The notes: generated from the sequence alone by a model not told the origin. Positions 1 to 9,813 are shown, counted from the first letter of the stretch. The stretch: 64,000 nucleotides of DNA from an uncultured Dehalococcoidia bacterium (GCA_964371355.1 CAYJMG010000003.1:89351-153350), one strand, 5' to 3'. Translations and numbers: made by a program.

Positions 1-90
1 GCGTCGCTGCTGATCTGCTGGGCCTTCGCCGGCGTCTTTACGACGATGTTCGTGCGCAGTCGGCGCGCCCCGGCCGGCGGCTCCGCCTGA
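1..90 (+). CDS. 3' end of a hypothetical membrane protein (partial; C-terminal 29 codons)
   Basis: Frame 1 reads ASLLICWAFAGVFTTMFVRSRRAPAGGSA and ends at a TGA at 88-90. The hydrophobic stretch followed by basic residues looks like a transmembrane helix end. The gene starts upstream of the window. Confidence 0.3.
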   Translation, partial: ASLLICWAFAGVFTTMFVRSRRAPAGGSA

Positions 91-98
91 TCCCCGGC

Positions 99-593
99 TT
101 ACGGCTCATTCATCACCAGCTCGATCGCGCGGAGGCCGATGACACGCACGTCCTCGGGCGCGGGTACCTCGACGCCGCACGCCGCGAGCTTCAGCGGCTC
201 GTTCCGGCGCAGCTCTTCCGCGGAGACCCACATGAACCCGTGGTCGGCGTCGGGCTCGGAATGCGGGACGCCCGGCACGGGGCGCAGCGCGTAGCTCATG
301 TCGATGTGCTGGTGCGCCGGTTGTGTCTCGGTCGCACCGACGTCGGCAACGATGATCTTCAGCGGCGCCGGTAGCTGGGGGATGTTCGAGAACGGCAGCG
401 GCGGCTCGTGGGGCACGACTTCGCAGGTGATACCCGTCTCCTCGCGCGCCTCCCGCAGCGCCGCCTGCACCATGTCCTCGTCGGGGTCGATGTGACCGCC
501 GGGCGGTAGCCAGAGTTGCAGCTTCTTGTGCCAGTGTAGGAGGGTGCGGCCGTCTTCGACGACGAAGCCGGTGACGGTGAAGTGGCGCTCCAT
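99..593 (-). CDS. NUDIX hydrolase
   Basis: 164-aa ORF with the Nudix box GGHIDPDEDMVQAALREAREETG (GX5EX7REUXEEXGU). Confidence 0.85.
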   Translation of the reverse strand: MERHFTVTGFVVEDGRTLLHWHKKLQLWLPPGGHIDPDEDMVQAALREAREETGITCEVVPHEPPLPFSNIPQLPAPLKIIVADVGATETQPAHQHIDMSYALRPVPGVPHSEPDADHGFMWVSAEELRRNEPLKLAACGVEVPAPEDVRVIGLRAIELVMNEP

Positions 594-683
594 GTGGGGG
601 AGCGTAGCGGGAGACGTGGGAGGTGGGAAGTGAGAGGTGGGACGAGTTCGTAGTGCGTAGTTCGTGGTAGGTAGACTCGTTGG

Positions 684-1109
684 GTGGAGATGTTGATCGT
701 TGTCCTCGCGGCGGCGGTGGGAGTCGTACTGCTCCTTAGCCTGGCGACGTGGGTGTTGTGGCGGCGGGCGACGCCGGAGGAGCGGCGGGTGATCAAGCGG
801 ATCACGCGGCTGCGGTTTGTGTCGAAGGTGCGGCTAGCGGGGCGGCTAGCCATGGACTCGCGCATCCCGCTGTTCGTGCGGGCGATACCGCCGCTGCTGG
901 TGCTGTACCTTGCGATGCCCGTCGACATCGTCCCGGACTTTATTCCCGTGCTGGGCCAGCTCGACGATGCGGTGGTGGTACTTGTGGGCGTGGCGCTGCT
1001 GTTGCGGTTCGCGCCGCGCGCGGCCATCGAGGAGCAGGTAGCTGCCCTGGAGGCCGCTGATGGCGCGGCGAGGGTGGCGCGTGCGAGTCAAGGAGCGGAC
1101 AGACGATGA
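684..1109 (+). CDS. DUF1232 (YkvA-like) membrane protein
   Basis: N-terminal transmembrane helix and the conserved PVDIVPDFIPVLGQLDD segment typical of DUF1232. Its stop overlaps the next start (ATGA). Confidence 0.65.
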   Translation: MEMLIVVLAAAVGVVLLLSLATWVLWRRATPEERRVIKRITRLRFVSKVRLAGRLAMDSRIPLFVRAIPPLLVLYLAMPVDIVPDFIPVLGQLDDAVVVLVGVALLLRFAPRAAIEEQVAALEAADGAARVARASQGADRR

Positions 1110-1810
1110 GGACGTACGACCTGTACCTGGAGTCGGGGCCCAAGCGTATGACCACGATGGTGCACGTGCCGGAGCTGCTGGGCTGCATCGCCGTGGGGCC
1201 GACCAGCGACGAAGCGGTCGCGGCGACGCCGGACGCGATCCGCGCGTTCCTGCGCTTCATGCGCGACTACGGGGAGAAGGCCGACCCTGACGCGAAGTTC
1301 GGCGTGCGCGTGGTCGAGCACCTCGCCGAAGCGGGGAAGTGGCTGGGGAACGGGTCGCCGTACGCGACGTACGGGCCGGATCTGGAGCCCGTGAGCACGA
1401 AGGAGATCGAAACGCTGGTGGGCCGCTTGCGCGGGATGCGCGAAGCGCTGGCATCGTGGGCGGAGTCGCGGACGGCGAAGCAGCTCGATGCGCCGCCGAA
1501 GCGCGGCAGCCGGACCGCGCGGCGGATCCTCCAGCATGTCGTGGGCGGGCCCGGTGGCTATCTGTCGCCGGTGGTCGGCGGCGTAAAAGGATTCTCGGCG
1601 CTGCACTCCGCAGCCGGGCGCGGCGAGATCGCGGTCCCGGATGCGCTGCGGCGCGTCTACGTGATGACGGCGGAGGTTTTACGCAACACGACGCCGGAGC
1701 AGCGGTCGGCGGTGATCCAGCGGTCGAAGGACGTGCGCACGCTCCGCAAGGCGCTGCGCCGGATGCTGGAGCACGATTGGGAGCACCTTGCGGAGCTGTC
1801 GAGGCTTTAG
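1106..1810 (+). CDS. Hypothetical protein: HicB-like (UPF0150) N-terminal region fused to a DinB_2/DUF664-like C-terminal region
   Basis: 234-aa ORF translationally coupled to the upstream gene. The N-terminus MTTMVHVPELLGCIAVGPTSDEA resembles HicB-type antitoxin folds. The C-terminus has DinB-like histidine-containing motifs (RILQHVVGG ... EHDWEHL). Confidence 0.5.
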   Translation: MRTYDLYLESGPKRMTTMVHVPELLGCIAVGPTSDEAVAATPDAIRAFLRFMRDYGEKADPDAKFGVRVVEHLAEAGKWLGNGSPYATYGPDLEPVSTKEIETLVGRLRGMREALASWAESRTAKQLDAPPKRGSRTARRILQHVVGGPGGYLSPVVGGVKGFSALHSAAGRGEIAVPDALRRVYVMTAEVLRNTTPEQRSAVIQRSKDVRTLRKALRRMLEHDWEHLAELSRL

Positions 1811-2910
1811 GTTCTCGGCTCTTGTTGCTTGCTCTCGCGGTCCAACAGCTTCTTCTTGCGGTCGAGGCCGTAGGCGTAGCCGCCAAGGGTGCCGTCCTCG
1901 CGCACGACGCGGTGGCAGGGGATGACGACGGCGACCGGGTTCGTCGCGCAAGCGTTGCCCACGGCGCGGGCTGCCTTCGGCGCGCCGATCTGCTTCGCGA
2001 TCTGTAAATACGTGCGGGTCTCGCCGCGGGGGATCGTCAGCAGCGCGTCCCACACCCGGCGCCGGAACGAGGTGGCGCGGATATCGATGGGAAGCTGCTC
2101 GTGGCTGGCGCCCTGCAGCGCGGGCAGGATGCGCTCGACCCAGCGACGGCTGGCGCCTTCGTCGCGCAGGATGTCGGCCGCGGGATACTCATCGCGCAGC
2201 GACTCTTCCAGCCGGCCGTCATCCTCGCCGAAGCTGACGGCCGAGACACCGCGCTCGGTGGCAGCGACGAGCATGCGGCCTAACTCCGTCGTGACGATCG
2301 TATAGACGATGCTCATGCCGGCGCCCCCGCGCCCGTACGCGGCCGGCGTCATGCCCAGCCGCGTGGGAGCCTGCTCGTACGCGCGGCTGCTGGAACCGTA
2401 GCCGGCGTTGTAGACGGCGGAGGCGACGCCGTTGCCGTTGCGCAGGCCGTGCTTCAGGCGCTCGGTGCGCCGCACCTCGGCGTAGGCGCGTGGCGATAAG
2501 CCGGTGATGCGCTTGAAGGTGCGCTGGAGGTGGAACTGGCTGACGCCGAACTCGCGTGAGAGATCGGCGAGGGTGGGGACGTCTTCGCGGGCGTCGATGT
2601 AGCGGCAGATGCGCTTCACCAGCGCCGCCGTGCTGTCGAGGGCGGACTCGCGCGGGTGGCAGCGCTTGCAGGCGCGGAAGTCGGCGGCCTCGGCTTCATC
2701 GGGTGTGGCGAAGAAGCGGACGTTCTCGGGCCGAGGCCGGCGGGAGGGGCAGGAGGGGCGGCAGTAGACCTTCGTCGATGTGACGGCGAAAAAGAACGCC
2801 CTGTCGGAGACCTCGCGGCGCTGGAGCACCGCCTGCCAGCAGGCGTCCGGGTCGAGGGCCGGCCGCGGATCGGCGGCAGGCGCAGGGGCTGTGGCGACGG
2901 CGACGGTCAT
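1807..2910 (-). CDS. ada: Bifunctional Ada: methylphosphotriester-DNA methyltransferase/AraC-type regulator fused to O6-methylguanine-DNA methyltransferase
   Basis: N-terminal Ada Zn-binding Cys cluster (CRPSCPSRRP...CKRC), AraC HTH (LSREFGVSQFHLQRTFKRITGLSP) and C-terminal MGMT with the PCHRV active site. The ATG at 2910 is preceded by GGAGGTG. The 366-nt in-frame upstream extension in the ORF track has no Ada homology. Confidence 0.85.
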   Translation of the reverse strand: MTVAVATAPAPAADPRPALDPDACWQAVLQRREVSDRAFFFAVTSTKVYCRPSCPSRRPRPENVRFFATPDEAEAADFRACKRCHPRESALDSTAALVKRICRYIDAREDVPTLADLSREFGVSQFHLQRTFKRITGLSPRAYAEVRRTERLKHGLRNGNGVASAVYNAGYGSSSRAYEQAPTRLGMTPAAYGRGGAGMSIVYTIVTTELGRMLVAATERGVSAVSFGEDDGRLEESLRDEYPAADILRDEGASRRWVERILPALQGASHEQLPIDIRATSFRRRVWDALLTIPRGETRTYLQIAKQIGAPKAARAVGNACATNPVAVVIPCHRVVREDGTLGGYAYGLDRKKKLLDRESKQQEPRT

Positions 2911-3288
2911 GTGGCACCTCCAGGGAGATGGTACGCTCGCCAGCCCCAGAGCATCTATCCGGATCTTGCGGTCGGAGTGGCGTAGTCGTCGGCCGCTGGG
3001 GCCCATCATGGGGAATGAGAGCCCTGAGCCCCTGCCCCAGCTCCCCTGCCCCTTCCCCCTTGCTCTTTTCCCGAAAGTGATCTGCCGCGCTTGGAGATCC
3101 GCACCTGGCTTCCCTACCGTGGCCACGCCGGTTGCCTCCCCCAGGCCGCCGGCACCGCCCGGTCCAGCGGCCGAGCGGCCCAAACACGAAAAGTGCCGAG
3201 CAATCTCGGGGGGTGAACGATGGCGGCCGCGCAAAACCCAAAACTGCCGAGCAATGTAACGAGGAGCGACTGACACGCTGACCGGCTC

Positions 3289-4566
3289 TTAGGCAGCGTC
3301 CAGGATGGACTGCAGGCGGGCCGGGTCGCCGCCCGGGCCGACCACGGCCATGCTGAAGCCGCCGGGGCGGAAGAGCCGGCCAGCGACGCGCTGGACATCG
3401 GCCGCGGTGACCGCGCGCAGAGACTCGACGACTGCGTCGACGGGCTCGATCTCGCCCGTCGTCAGGAGCGACTCGCCTCCGCGCTGGGCAAGCGCCATCG
3501 TCGACTCGAGGCCGAGGCGGAAGTTGCCCGTGGAGAAGTCGCGCGCCTTCACCATCTCGTCGTCGCCGACGGGCTCGTCGCGCAGGCGGAGCAGCTCGTC
3601 GCGGATGACCTTCGTCGCCTCCTCGAGGTTATCCAGCGTGACGCCGGCGCTGACGCTCATGGTGCCGGTGTCGTTGTAGCGCGAGACGCCGGAGCCGACG
3701 GAGTACGCGAGCCCGCGTCGTTCGCGTACCTCCTTGAAGAGACGGGAACTCATGCCGCGGCCCAGCACGGTGTTCAGGATCTGCAGCGGGTAGCGGTCCG
3801 GATCCTTGCGAGGCAAAGCGTAAAGCGCGATGCCCATGTTGCACTGCGCGATCTCACGCTTCTCGACGACAACCCGGGCCTCGGCGAACTGCTCGCTCGC
3901 GGCGGGGGTCGCGGGGAAGGGGCGGTCCGGCATGTCGCCGAAAAGCCGCTCGGCCAGCGCGTGGACCTCGGTGTCGGTGGTGTTGCCAGCTACGCTGAGC
4001 ACGCTATTCGAGGGCACGTAGTACGTGGCGACGTGCTCGACGAAGTCGTCGCGCTGCATACCCTCCACCGTCTCCAGCGTGCCGGCGATGGGCCAGCCGA
4101 TGGGTTGGTCGCCGAAGGTGGCGCGGGAGAGCAGCTCGGACGCCCAGGCGCCGGGCTGGTCGAACGCGCGGCGGATCTCCTGCTGGACGACGGTGCGCTC
4201 GCGGTCGATCTCCTCGGCGCTGAGGACCGAGTTGCGGTACATGTCGGCGAGGACGTCCATGGCCGGCTCGAGCTTGTCGAAGGGGACCTGGTTCCAGAAG
4301 CAGGTCAGCTCCTTCGAGGTGTAGGCGTTCAGGACGCCCCCCGCGCCCTCGATGGCCTCGGCGATGGTGATGGCATCCGGGCGGCGCGTCGTGCCTTTGA
4401 AGAGCATGTGCTCCATGTAGTGGGAGACCCCGTTGGTGCGGCGGGTCTCGCCGCGTGAGCCAATGCCGACGAAGAGGTTGACGCTGACGGATTGGGCGGT
4501 GGGGACTTCGGTGGTAACGACGCGGAGGCCGTTGGAGAGCGTGGAAATCTGCGGCTCGATGGCCAA
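3289..4566 (-). CDS. M16 family zinc peptidase (insulinase/pitrilysin-like)
   Basis: Inverted zinc-binding motif HYMEHMLFKGT (HxxEH) near the N-terminus. 426 aa from the TTG at 4566, which has an upstream GGAAAGGA. The ORF track extends to 4740, but that region is Arg-rich and non-conserved. Confidence 0.75.
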   Translation of the reverse strand: MAIEPQISTLSNGLRVVTTEVPTAQSVSVNLFVGIGSRGETRRTNGVSHYMEHMLFKGTTRRPDAITIAEAIEGAGGVLNAYTSKELTCFWNQVPFDKLEPAMDVLADMYRNSVLSAEEIDRERTVVQQEIRRAFDQPGAWASELLSRATFGDQPIGWPIAGTLETVEGMQRDDFVEHVATYYVPSNSVLSVAGNTTDTEVHALAERLFGDMPDRPFPATPAASEQFAEARVVVEKREIAQCNMGIALYALPRKDPDRYPLQILNTVLGRGMSSRLFKEVRERRGLAYSVGSGVSRYNDTGTMSVSAGVTLDNLEEATKVIRDELLRLRDEPVGDDEMVKARDFSTGNFRLGLESTMALAQRGGESLLTTGEIEPVDAVVESLRAVTAADVQRVAGRLFRPGGFSMAVVGPGGDPARLQSILDAA

Positions 4567-4708
4567 GCTGGTGGTCCTTTCCGGGGATAGCGCGGTCTTT
4601 CCCAGTATAGACAGAGGGTTGGGCGACTGACGGCTCTGGAGGTCGCAGCCGGCGGTCTCCCCATGGCGACGCCGCGCGCGCCCCCGCCGCGCGCGGTACC
4701 CTTCGAGG

Positions 4709-4975
4709 ATGAGCGTCACCTCACAGAACGGCCGCGTCATCGAGAACGAAGCGCTAGTGCTGGACCTGGTCGAGTGGATCGCAGAGACGCCGCGGCGCTA
4801 TGCCGACGTGATGGAGGCGTGGCGCACGTCGTGCCCGCGGTTGCCGATCTGGGAGGACGCGGTCGACCTGGGGTTGGTGGCTTGCCGGGTCGAACCCGGC
4901 GTGGGGTCGGTGGTGGAAGCGACGCCCGCCGGACGGGCGTTGCTGGCTGCCGAGCGGCCCACGGGGCGCGGTTAG
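4709..4975 (+). CDS. Hypothetical small protein (88 aa)
   Basis: ORF with non-repetitive, protein-like composition (MSVTSQNGRVIENEALVLDLVEWIAETPRRYADVMEAWRT...). It sits in the gap between the peptidase and the ABC permease. No recognisable family. Confidence 0.35.
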   Translation: MSVTSQNGRVIENEALVLDLVEWIAETPRRYADVMEAWRTSCPRLPIWEDAVDLGLVACRVEPGVGSVVEATPAGRALLAAERPTGRG

Positions 4976-5234
4976 CAACGCTGACTTGCCGCCTTGAGCC
5001 CAACGCGGAGCGCGTGAGGGCGCCAGCGCTCGATGACCGATGTCAACGGTGGCTTGCCCGCGCTGTAATGCGCGTCAAGTAACCGTGTTATCATCTTGGA
5101 CACTCGAAGATCTCGCCGAAGCTGTCGCCGGGTTGCGCGAAGCCGGACACCGCCGGACGCGCCGCCAACGCGAGCCCCCCGCCGCCCGCACGGCCACGAG
5201 AAGAGGTTCAGCGCACGTGGCAACGACGACCGCC

Positions 5235-6023
5235 ATGCCGGGCCGCTTCGCCGCATCGGCAGCGCCGGCGTCCTCCTTCTGGGACCTGCTGCTGGCCATC
5301 ACGCTGCGGGACCTGCGCGTCAAGTATCACGGCACCTTCCTGAGCTACTTCTGGTGGATCGCGCGGCCACTGACGCTGGGCCTGGTGATGTACTTCGCAC
5401 TGGGGCGGGTGCTGAAGGTCGATATCGAGAACCACGCGGCGTTTCTGCTGGCGGCGCTGTTCCCCTGGTTCTGGTTCCAGAACGGGCTACACTCGGCGGC
5501 CAACGTGTTCGTGGCAAATGCGGGGCTGGTGAAGAAGGTGCAGTTCCCGAGGATCATCCTGCCGCTCTCCGTGGTACTGGGCTCGACCTTCGAGTTCCTC
5601 ATCAGCCTGCCCGTGCTGCTGCTGCTGCTGCTGCTGACGGGCGTGGACCCGGACCCTGTGTGGCTGGTGGGCGCGCCCGCGCTGCTGGCGCTGGAGTTCG
5701 CGCTCCTGTGCGGGCTGGGGGTGCTGGTGGCGTCCCTCAACGTGTATTTCCGCGACATCGGGCCGGGCCTGGATTCGGCGCTGTTGTTGTTGTTCTATGT
5801 CACGCCCATCTTCTACCCGCTCGACCGCGTGCCGAACGGCTACCGCCAGGTGCTGCAAGTGAACCCACTGACGCCGCTGATCGAGGAGTGGCGGGAGCTT
5901 TTCCTGTTCGGCGACCTGCCGGGGCTGGACCTGTGGCCGGCGGTGTTGTTCAGCATCGGGGCGGTGGCGGCGGGGTGGCTCGCGCTGCGGATCATGGGGA
6001 GGACGATGGCCGATGCACTCTAA
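5235..6023 (+). CDS. ABC-2 type polysaccharide/glycolipid export permease (Wzm/TagG/KpsM-like)
   Basis: Six predicted transmembrane helices and ABC-2 signatures (LRDLRVKYHGTFLSYFWWIARPL). ATG at 5235; an in-frame GTG at 5217 is an alternative start. Its stop overlaps the ATPase start. Confidence 0.85.
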   Translation: MPGRFAASAAPASSFWDLLLAITLRDLRVKYHGTFLSYFWWIARPLTLGLVMYFALGRVLKVDIENHAAFLLAALFPWFWFQNGLHSAANVFVANAGLVKKVQFPRIILPLSVVLGSTFEFLISLPVLLLLLLLTGVDPDPVWLVGAPALLALEFALLCGLGVLVASLNVYFRDIGPGLDSALLLLFYVTPIFYPLDRVPNGYRQVLQVNPLTPLIEEWRELFLFGDLPGLDLWPAVLFSIGAVAAGWLALRIMGRTMADAL

Positions 6024-6903
6024 TGGCACCTCGCCCCATGCCGTGCGGCTGGAGGGCGTCGCCAAGCGGTACCTGCTGGATCCCCAGCGGCCGTGGCGGC
6101 TGAAAGACGTGATCGCGCGGCCCAAGTCTCTTGTGTCGCAGCTCACGACGAAGGAGCCGTTCTGGGCACTGCGCGACATCTCCCTGACAGTGAAGCACGG
6201 CGAGATCCTGGGCATCATCGGCCACAACGGGTCGGGCAAGAGCACGCTGCTGCGTATCCTCGCCGGCATTTCGCCGCCGACCCAGGGCAGCGTCGAAATC
6301 GACGGCCGGTATGGAGCGTTGCTGGAGCTGGGCGCCGGGTTTCACCCGAACGCGACCGGCCGCGAGAACGCCTACGTCAACGCGTTGTTCATGGGCCTCT
6401 CGAAGGCAGAGGCGAAGGCCGCGCTGCCCAGCATCATCGAGTTCTCGGAGTTGGGCGCGTTCATCGACCAGCCGATGCGGACGTACTCCAGCGGGATGCA
6501 GCTCCGGCTGGGGTTCTCCGTGGCGATTCACGTGCAGCCAGACATCCTGCTTGTCGACGAGGTGCTGGCGGTTGGTGATGCCGACTTTCAGGAGAAGTGC
6601 TTCGAGCACTTCCGGACGCTGCGGACGCGCAACACCACGATCATCATCGTGACGCACAATGTCGACACGCTGGTCGACTTTGCCGATCGCGCGATCTCGC
6701 TGGAGCGGGGACGGATCAAGCGCCAGGGGAAGCCGATCGAGGTGGTGCAGGAGTACATGAACGACCTGCGGCGGGAGTCGCCCGCGATGGAGCGCGCGTT
6801 CCAGCGAGCGCTAGCCGGACACATGGCGCAGGAGGCGATCAAGTCGGGCGCGCTCACCTCGGAGGAGCTGACAGCGATGGGCACGCAGCAACGAAAGGAC
6901 TGA
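6013..6903 (+). CDS. ABC transporter ATP-binding protein (Wzt/TagH-like, short form)
   Basis: Walker A GHNGSGKST, signature YSSGMQLRLGFS, Walker B LLVDEVLAVGD. Translationally coupled to the permease. Lacks the long C-terminal carbohydrate-binding extension seen in some Wzt proteins. Confidence 0.9.
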   Translation: MHSNGTSPHAVRLEGVAKRYLLDPQRPWRLKDVIARPKSLVSQLTTKEPFWALRDISLTVKHGEILGIIGHNGSGKSTLLRILAGISPPTQGSVEIDGRYGALLELGAGFHPNATGRENAYVNALFMGLSKAEAKAALPSIIEFSELGAFIDQPMRTYSSGMQLRLGFSVAIHVQPDILLVDEVLAVGDADFQEKCFEHFRTLRTRNTTIIIVTHNVDTLVDFADRAISLERGRIKRQGKPIEVVQEYMNDLRRESPAMERAFQRALAGHMAQEAIKSGALTSEELTAMGTQQRKD

Positions 6904-6907
6904 GGAG

Positions 6908-7540
6908 ATGCAGGCGCAATCCTCGGCCGAGCTGACACCGGCTGCGGTGCTGGAGATGGCGCAGGAGAACGCGCGGCGCCGTCCGGGGTTGGCCCGCGCC
7001 GTGCGCGAGGACGCGCGGCGGGCCACGAGGCTGCGGGGCGAGCGCACACCGTCGTCGCGGCCGGGCACGGTGGCCACCGTTATCCGGCTGATGTGGGGCG
7101 GGGACGACTTTGCGGGCGTGGTGCTGTACCGGTTGCGCACGTCGCTGCGGGCGGCCCACGTGCCGCTGCTGCCGCGCCTGCTGGACCGCACCTGCGCGGT
7201 GCTGTTCGGCCTCCGTATCGGCGACCGCGTTGCGATCGGTGAAGGGCTGTACATCCCGCATGGCAACGTCGTCATCGACGGCGTTACCGTCATCGGCAAG
7301 CGGGCGTTCATCGGGCCGTGGGTGTGTATCGGCCTGAAGCAGGGCGTTTTCGTGGGCCCGCGCATCGGCGATGGGGTCTTCATCGGCACCGGCGCCTCGG
7401 TGCTGGGGCCGATCCACGTTGGCGACGGGGCGCGCATCGCCGCGGGTTCGGTCGTCGTTTCGGACGTGCCGGCCGGGGCATCGGTCGCGGGCGTGCCGGC
7501 ACGCGTCGTCGACGGCTTCGGCGGCGAAGGGGAGCCATAG
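6908..7540 (+). CDS. Hexapeptide-repeat acetyltransferase (serine O-acetyltransferase-like, left-handed beta-helix)
   Basis: Repeated [LIV]G.....G hexapeptides (IGDRVAIGEGLYIPHGNVVIDGVTVIGKRAFIGPWVCIG...). Begins 5 nt after the ABC ATPase. Confidence 0.75.
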   Translation: MQAQSSAELTPAAVLEMAQENARRRPGLARAVREDARRATRLRGERTPSSRPGTVATVIRLMWGGDDFAGVVLYRLRTSLRAAHVPLLPRLLDRTCAVLFGLRIGDRVAIGEGLYIPHGNVVIDGVTVIGKRAFIGPWVCIGLKQGVFVGPRIGDGVFIGTGASVLGPIHVGDGARIAAGSVVVSDVPAGASVAGVPARVVDGFGGEGEP

Positions 7541-7543
7541 GCG

Positions 7544-8815
7544 ATGGGAGAGACGGGGCCGGCGACCGCCACGGACGGGCAGAGCGAGAACCGCCTGCCG
7601 GCGCTGGACGGCGTGCGCGGCATCGCGATCCTGATGGTGATGCAGTTCCACTTCTGGGGGCTGGCGTTCGGCCTGACGGGGCGACAGCCGGAGGAGCGCC
7701 TCGACATCTGGGCGAAGCGGGTCGTAGGCGTGGGGTGGTCGGGGGTGGACCTGTTCTTTGTGCTGTCGGGCTTCCTGATCACGGGGATCCTGTACGACGC
7801 GAAGACATCGAACACCTACTTCCGCAGCTTCTACGCTCGCCGCTTCCTGCGGCTGGCGCCGGTGTTCTACCTGTTCCTGCTGTTCGTGCTGTTCGTCGCG
7901 CCGCTGATCCACGATGTCGATGCGGTGGCAGAGGTACCGGAACTGCGGTCGATCCAGGCGTGGATGTGGCTGTATGCGGTCAACATCGGCAACGCGGTGA
8001 AGCCATTCGACGTGGATGTCCCACTGGCGTACGTGCCCTTCTGGTCGCTTGCCGTCGAAGAGCAGTTCTACCTCGTGTGGCCGCTGGTGGTCCTCTCAAT
8101 ACCACGGCGGCCGCTGATGGCGCTCTGCGCGCTGCTCGTCGCGAGTGCGCTCGCGATCAGGCTGGCCCTGCTTGGCGGGGTCGCTGACAGCGTCTTCGCC
8201 AACAACGCTCCGCACATCCTGATGCCGGCGCGGATGGATACGCTGGCGCTGGGCGCGCTGATCGCGCTTGCGGCCCGCGGGGGCGAACTGCGGATCCTCT
8301 CGCGCCTGGCGCCGGTCGCGGTCGCGGCGTCGCTGGCGATTCTCGGCACCCTGTTCGTGAAGAACGACGGGTTGTCGGTGTTCGACCGGGAGGTCGAGGG
8401 CGTAGGATTCACGGCGTTCGCGTTGGTCTTTGCAGCGTTGCTGCTGGCCTCGTTGCAGGCCAGGACTTCATCGCCGCTCCACCGCGCGCTCGCGCACCCG
8501 ATCCTCCGCCAGTCCGGGAAGTATTCCTACGCGATGTACGTGGTCCACGTGCTCGTCGCGCTGGTGCTGGCGCGCCTCGCGATCCTCCACGAGCTGACGC
8601 CGACACTCGCCAGTCACCATCTCCCGCTCAACGTCGCGTTCTCGGCCGTGGCTACGGCGACCACGTTCGGGATCGCGTGGTTGAGCTGGCAGCTCATCGA
8701 ACAGCCGCTGCTTCGATTGAAGGCGTTCTTCCCGTATCAGGACCGCGGCCCCGCGCCCGCGCCCGCGCCCGCCGTCGCCGGCGAGGCGGAGCCCGCGTCC
8801 GCATCGGCGCAATGA
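7544..8815 (+). CDS. Acyltransferase family 3 membrane O-acyltransferase (OafA/YrhL-like)
   Basis: The LPALDGVRGIAILMVMQFHF start motif, about 10 transmembrane helices, and a Pro/Ala-rich C-terminal tail. Confidence 0.85.
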   Translation: MGETGPATATDGQSENRLPALDGVRGIAILMVMQFHFWGLAFGLTGRQPEERLDIWAKRVVGVGWSGVDLFFVLSGFLITGILYDAKTSNTYFRSFYARRFLRLAPVFYLFLLFVLFVAPLIHDVDAVAEVPELRSIQAWMWLYAVNIGNAVKPFDVDVPLAYVPFWSLAVEEQFYLVWPLVVLSIPRRPLMALCALLVASALAIRLALLGGVADSVFANNAPHILMPARMDTLALGALIALAARGGELRILSRLAPVAVAASLAILGTLFVKNDGLSVFDREVEGVGFTAFALVFAALLLASLQARTSSPLHRALAHPILRQSGKYSYAMYVVHVLVALVLARLAILHELTPTLASHHLPLNVAFSAVATATTFGIAWLSWQLIEQPLLRLKAFFPYQDRGPAPAPAPAVAGEAEPASASAQ

Positions 8816-9813
8816 CCACGGGCCCGCTGACGCACGTCGAGCGCGGGGACGCAGAGTACGAGCGGTTGGCCGGGCTCGAGGCGGAGTTCTGGCGCGCAGC
8901 ACGCGGCGAGTTCGGCGTCGTGGCGGGCGAGCGAGCGGGCATCGACAGCCCGATCGAGCGGTACACGAATCGGCGCTTCACGGGAGAGCCGCGCACGCAG
9001 TGGTTCGAGACGATCTCACGCCACGGGCAGTTCGAGCGCGGCCTGATCCTGGGCACGAGCGGGCTGGGACAGGACTCGCGAATTCTGGAGACGAATCCTC
9101 GGCTGCACGTTACGTTCTGCGACATCTCCGAGGGGAGTCTGACGCGCTGGGCTGAGGTGCTGGGACGGCGGTTCCCGGGGCGGGTCGACACGCGCGTTGC
9201 GGACCTGAACTTCGTGGAGCTTCCAGAGTCCTCCTACGACGTGATCTCGTCATCGAGCACGCTGCACCACGTGATCAACCTCGAGGACCTGGCGCGGCAG
9301 ATCAACCGGGCGCTGACGCCGGGGGGATTCTTCTTCCTCCAGGACTACGTCGGCGAGTCGTCGTTCCGCTTCGCGGAGAGCAAAAAGCGCCTGTTCGAGG
9401 AGCTGTACCAGCGCGACATCCGGCGCCAGCCCGGCAGGACGGGTGGCCTCGTCTGGCGGAATGAGGACCGCTCGCTGTTCAGCCCGTTCTGCGGTGTCCG
9501 GAGCGCCGACGTCCTGGGCGCGATGGCGGGAGCACTGAATCCGATCACCGTGCGGACGGCCGGGGCGATGACTTCGCTGCTGCTGTACGTGCGGCCGGCG
9601 GACGTGGAGACGATGCCTCGCCCCTCGAGAGCGCAGCGGGCCGAGACATGGCTGCGCCGCCGCGTGCCACTCCTGCGCCGGCGGACGACGCCGCTGGCCA
9701 TCGGCGAGTCATACCTGCTGGAGCTGCTGCTGTTGGACGAGCTGGTGTGCGACACGGGGCTGTGCGTGCCGTACAACGCGTTCGGGGTCTACCGGAAGCG
9801 CCCGGAGGCCTGA
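8812..9813 (+). CDS. Class I SAM-dependent methyltransferase
   Basis: ATGA overlap with the acyltransferase stop (ATG 8812, TGA 8813-8815). Methyltransferase fold motifs (ILGTSGLGQDS, LTPGGFFFLQDY). The track's longer N-terminus is an Arg-rich read-through. Confidence 0.7.
   Translation: MTTGPLTHVERGDAEYERLAGLEAEFWRAARGEFGVVAGERAGIDSPIERYTNRRFTGEPRTQWFETISRHGQFERGLILGTSGLGQDSRILETNPRLHVTFCDISEGSLTRWAEVLGRRFPGRVDTRVADLNFVELPESSYDVISSSSTLHHVINLEDLARQINRALTPGGFFFLQDYVGESSFRFAESKKRLFEELYQRDIRRQPGRTGGLVWRNEDRSLFSPFCGVRSADVLGAMAGALNPITVRTAGAMTSLLLYVRPADVETMPRPSRAQRAETWLRRRVPLLRRRTTPLAIGESYLLELLLLDELVCDTGLCVPYNAFGVYRKRPEA

Noticed and set aside
2911-3276. 5' extension of the ada ORF (the track gives 1807..3276, 489 aa)
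   Set aside because: The upstream 122 codons are Gly/Arg/Ala-rich with no Ada similarity. The conserved Ada Zn-finger starts right after the ATG at 2910, which has a GGAGGTG RBS.
4567-4740. N-terminal extension of the M16 peptidase ORF
   Set aside because: The extension is Arg-rich (RARRGRARRRHGETAGCDLQSRQ...). A TTG at 4566 with a GGAAAGGA RBS gives a typical about 426-aa M16 protein.
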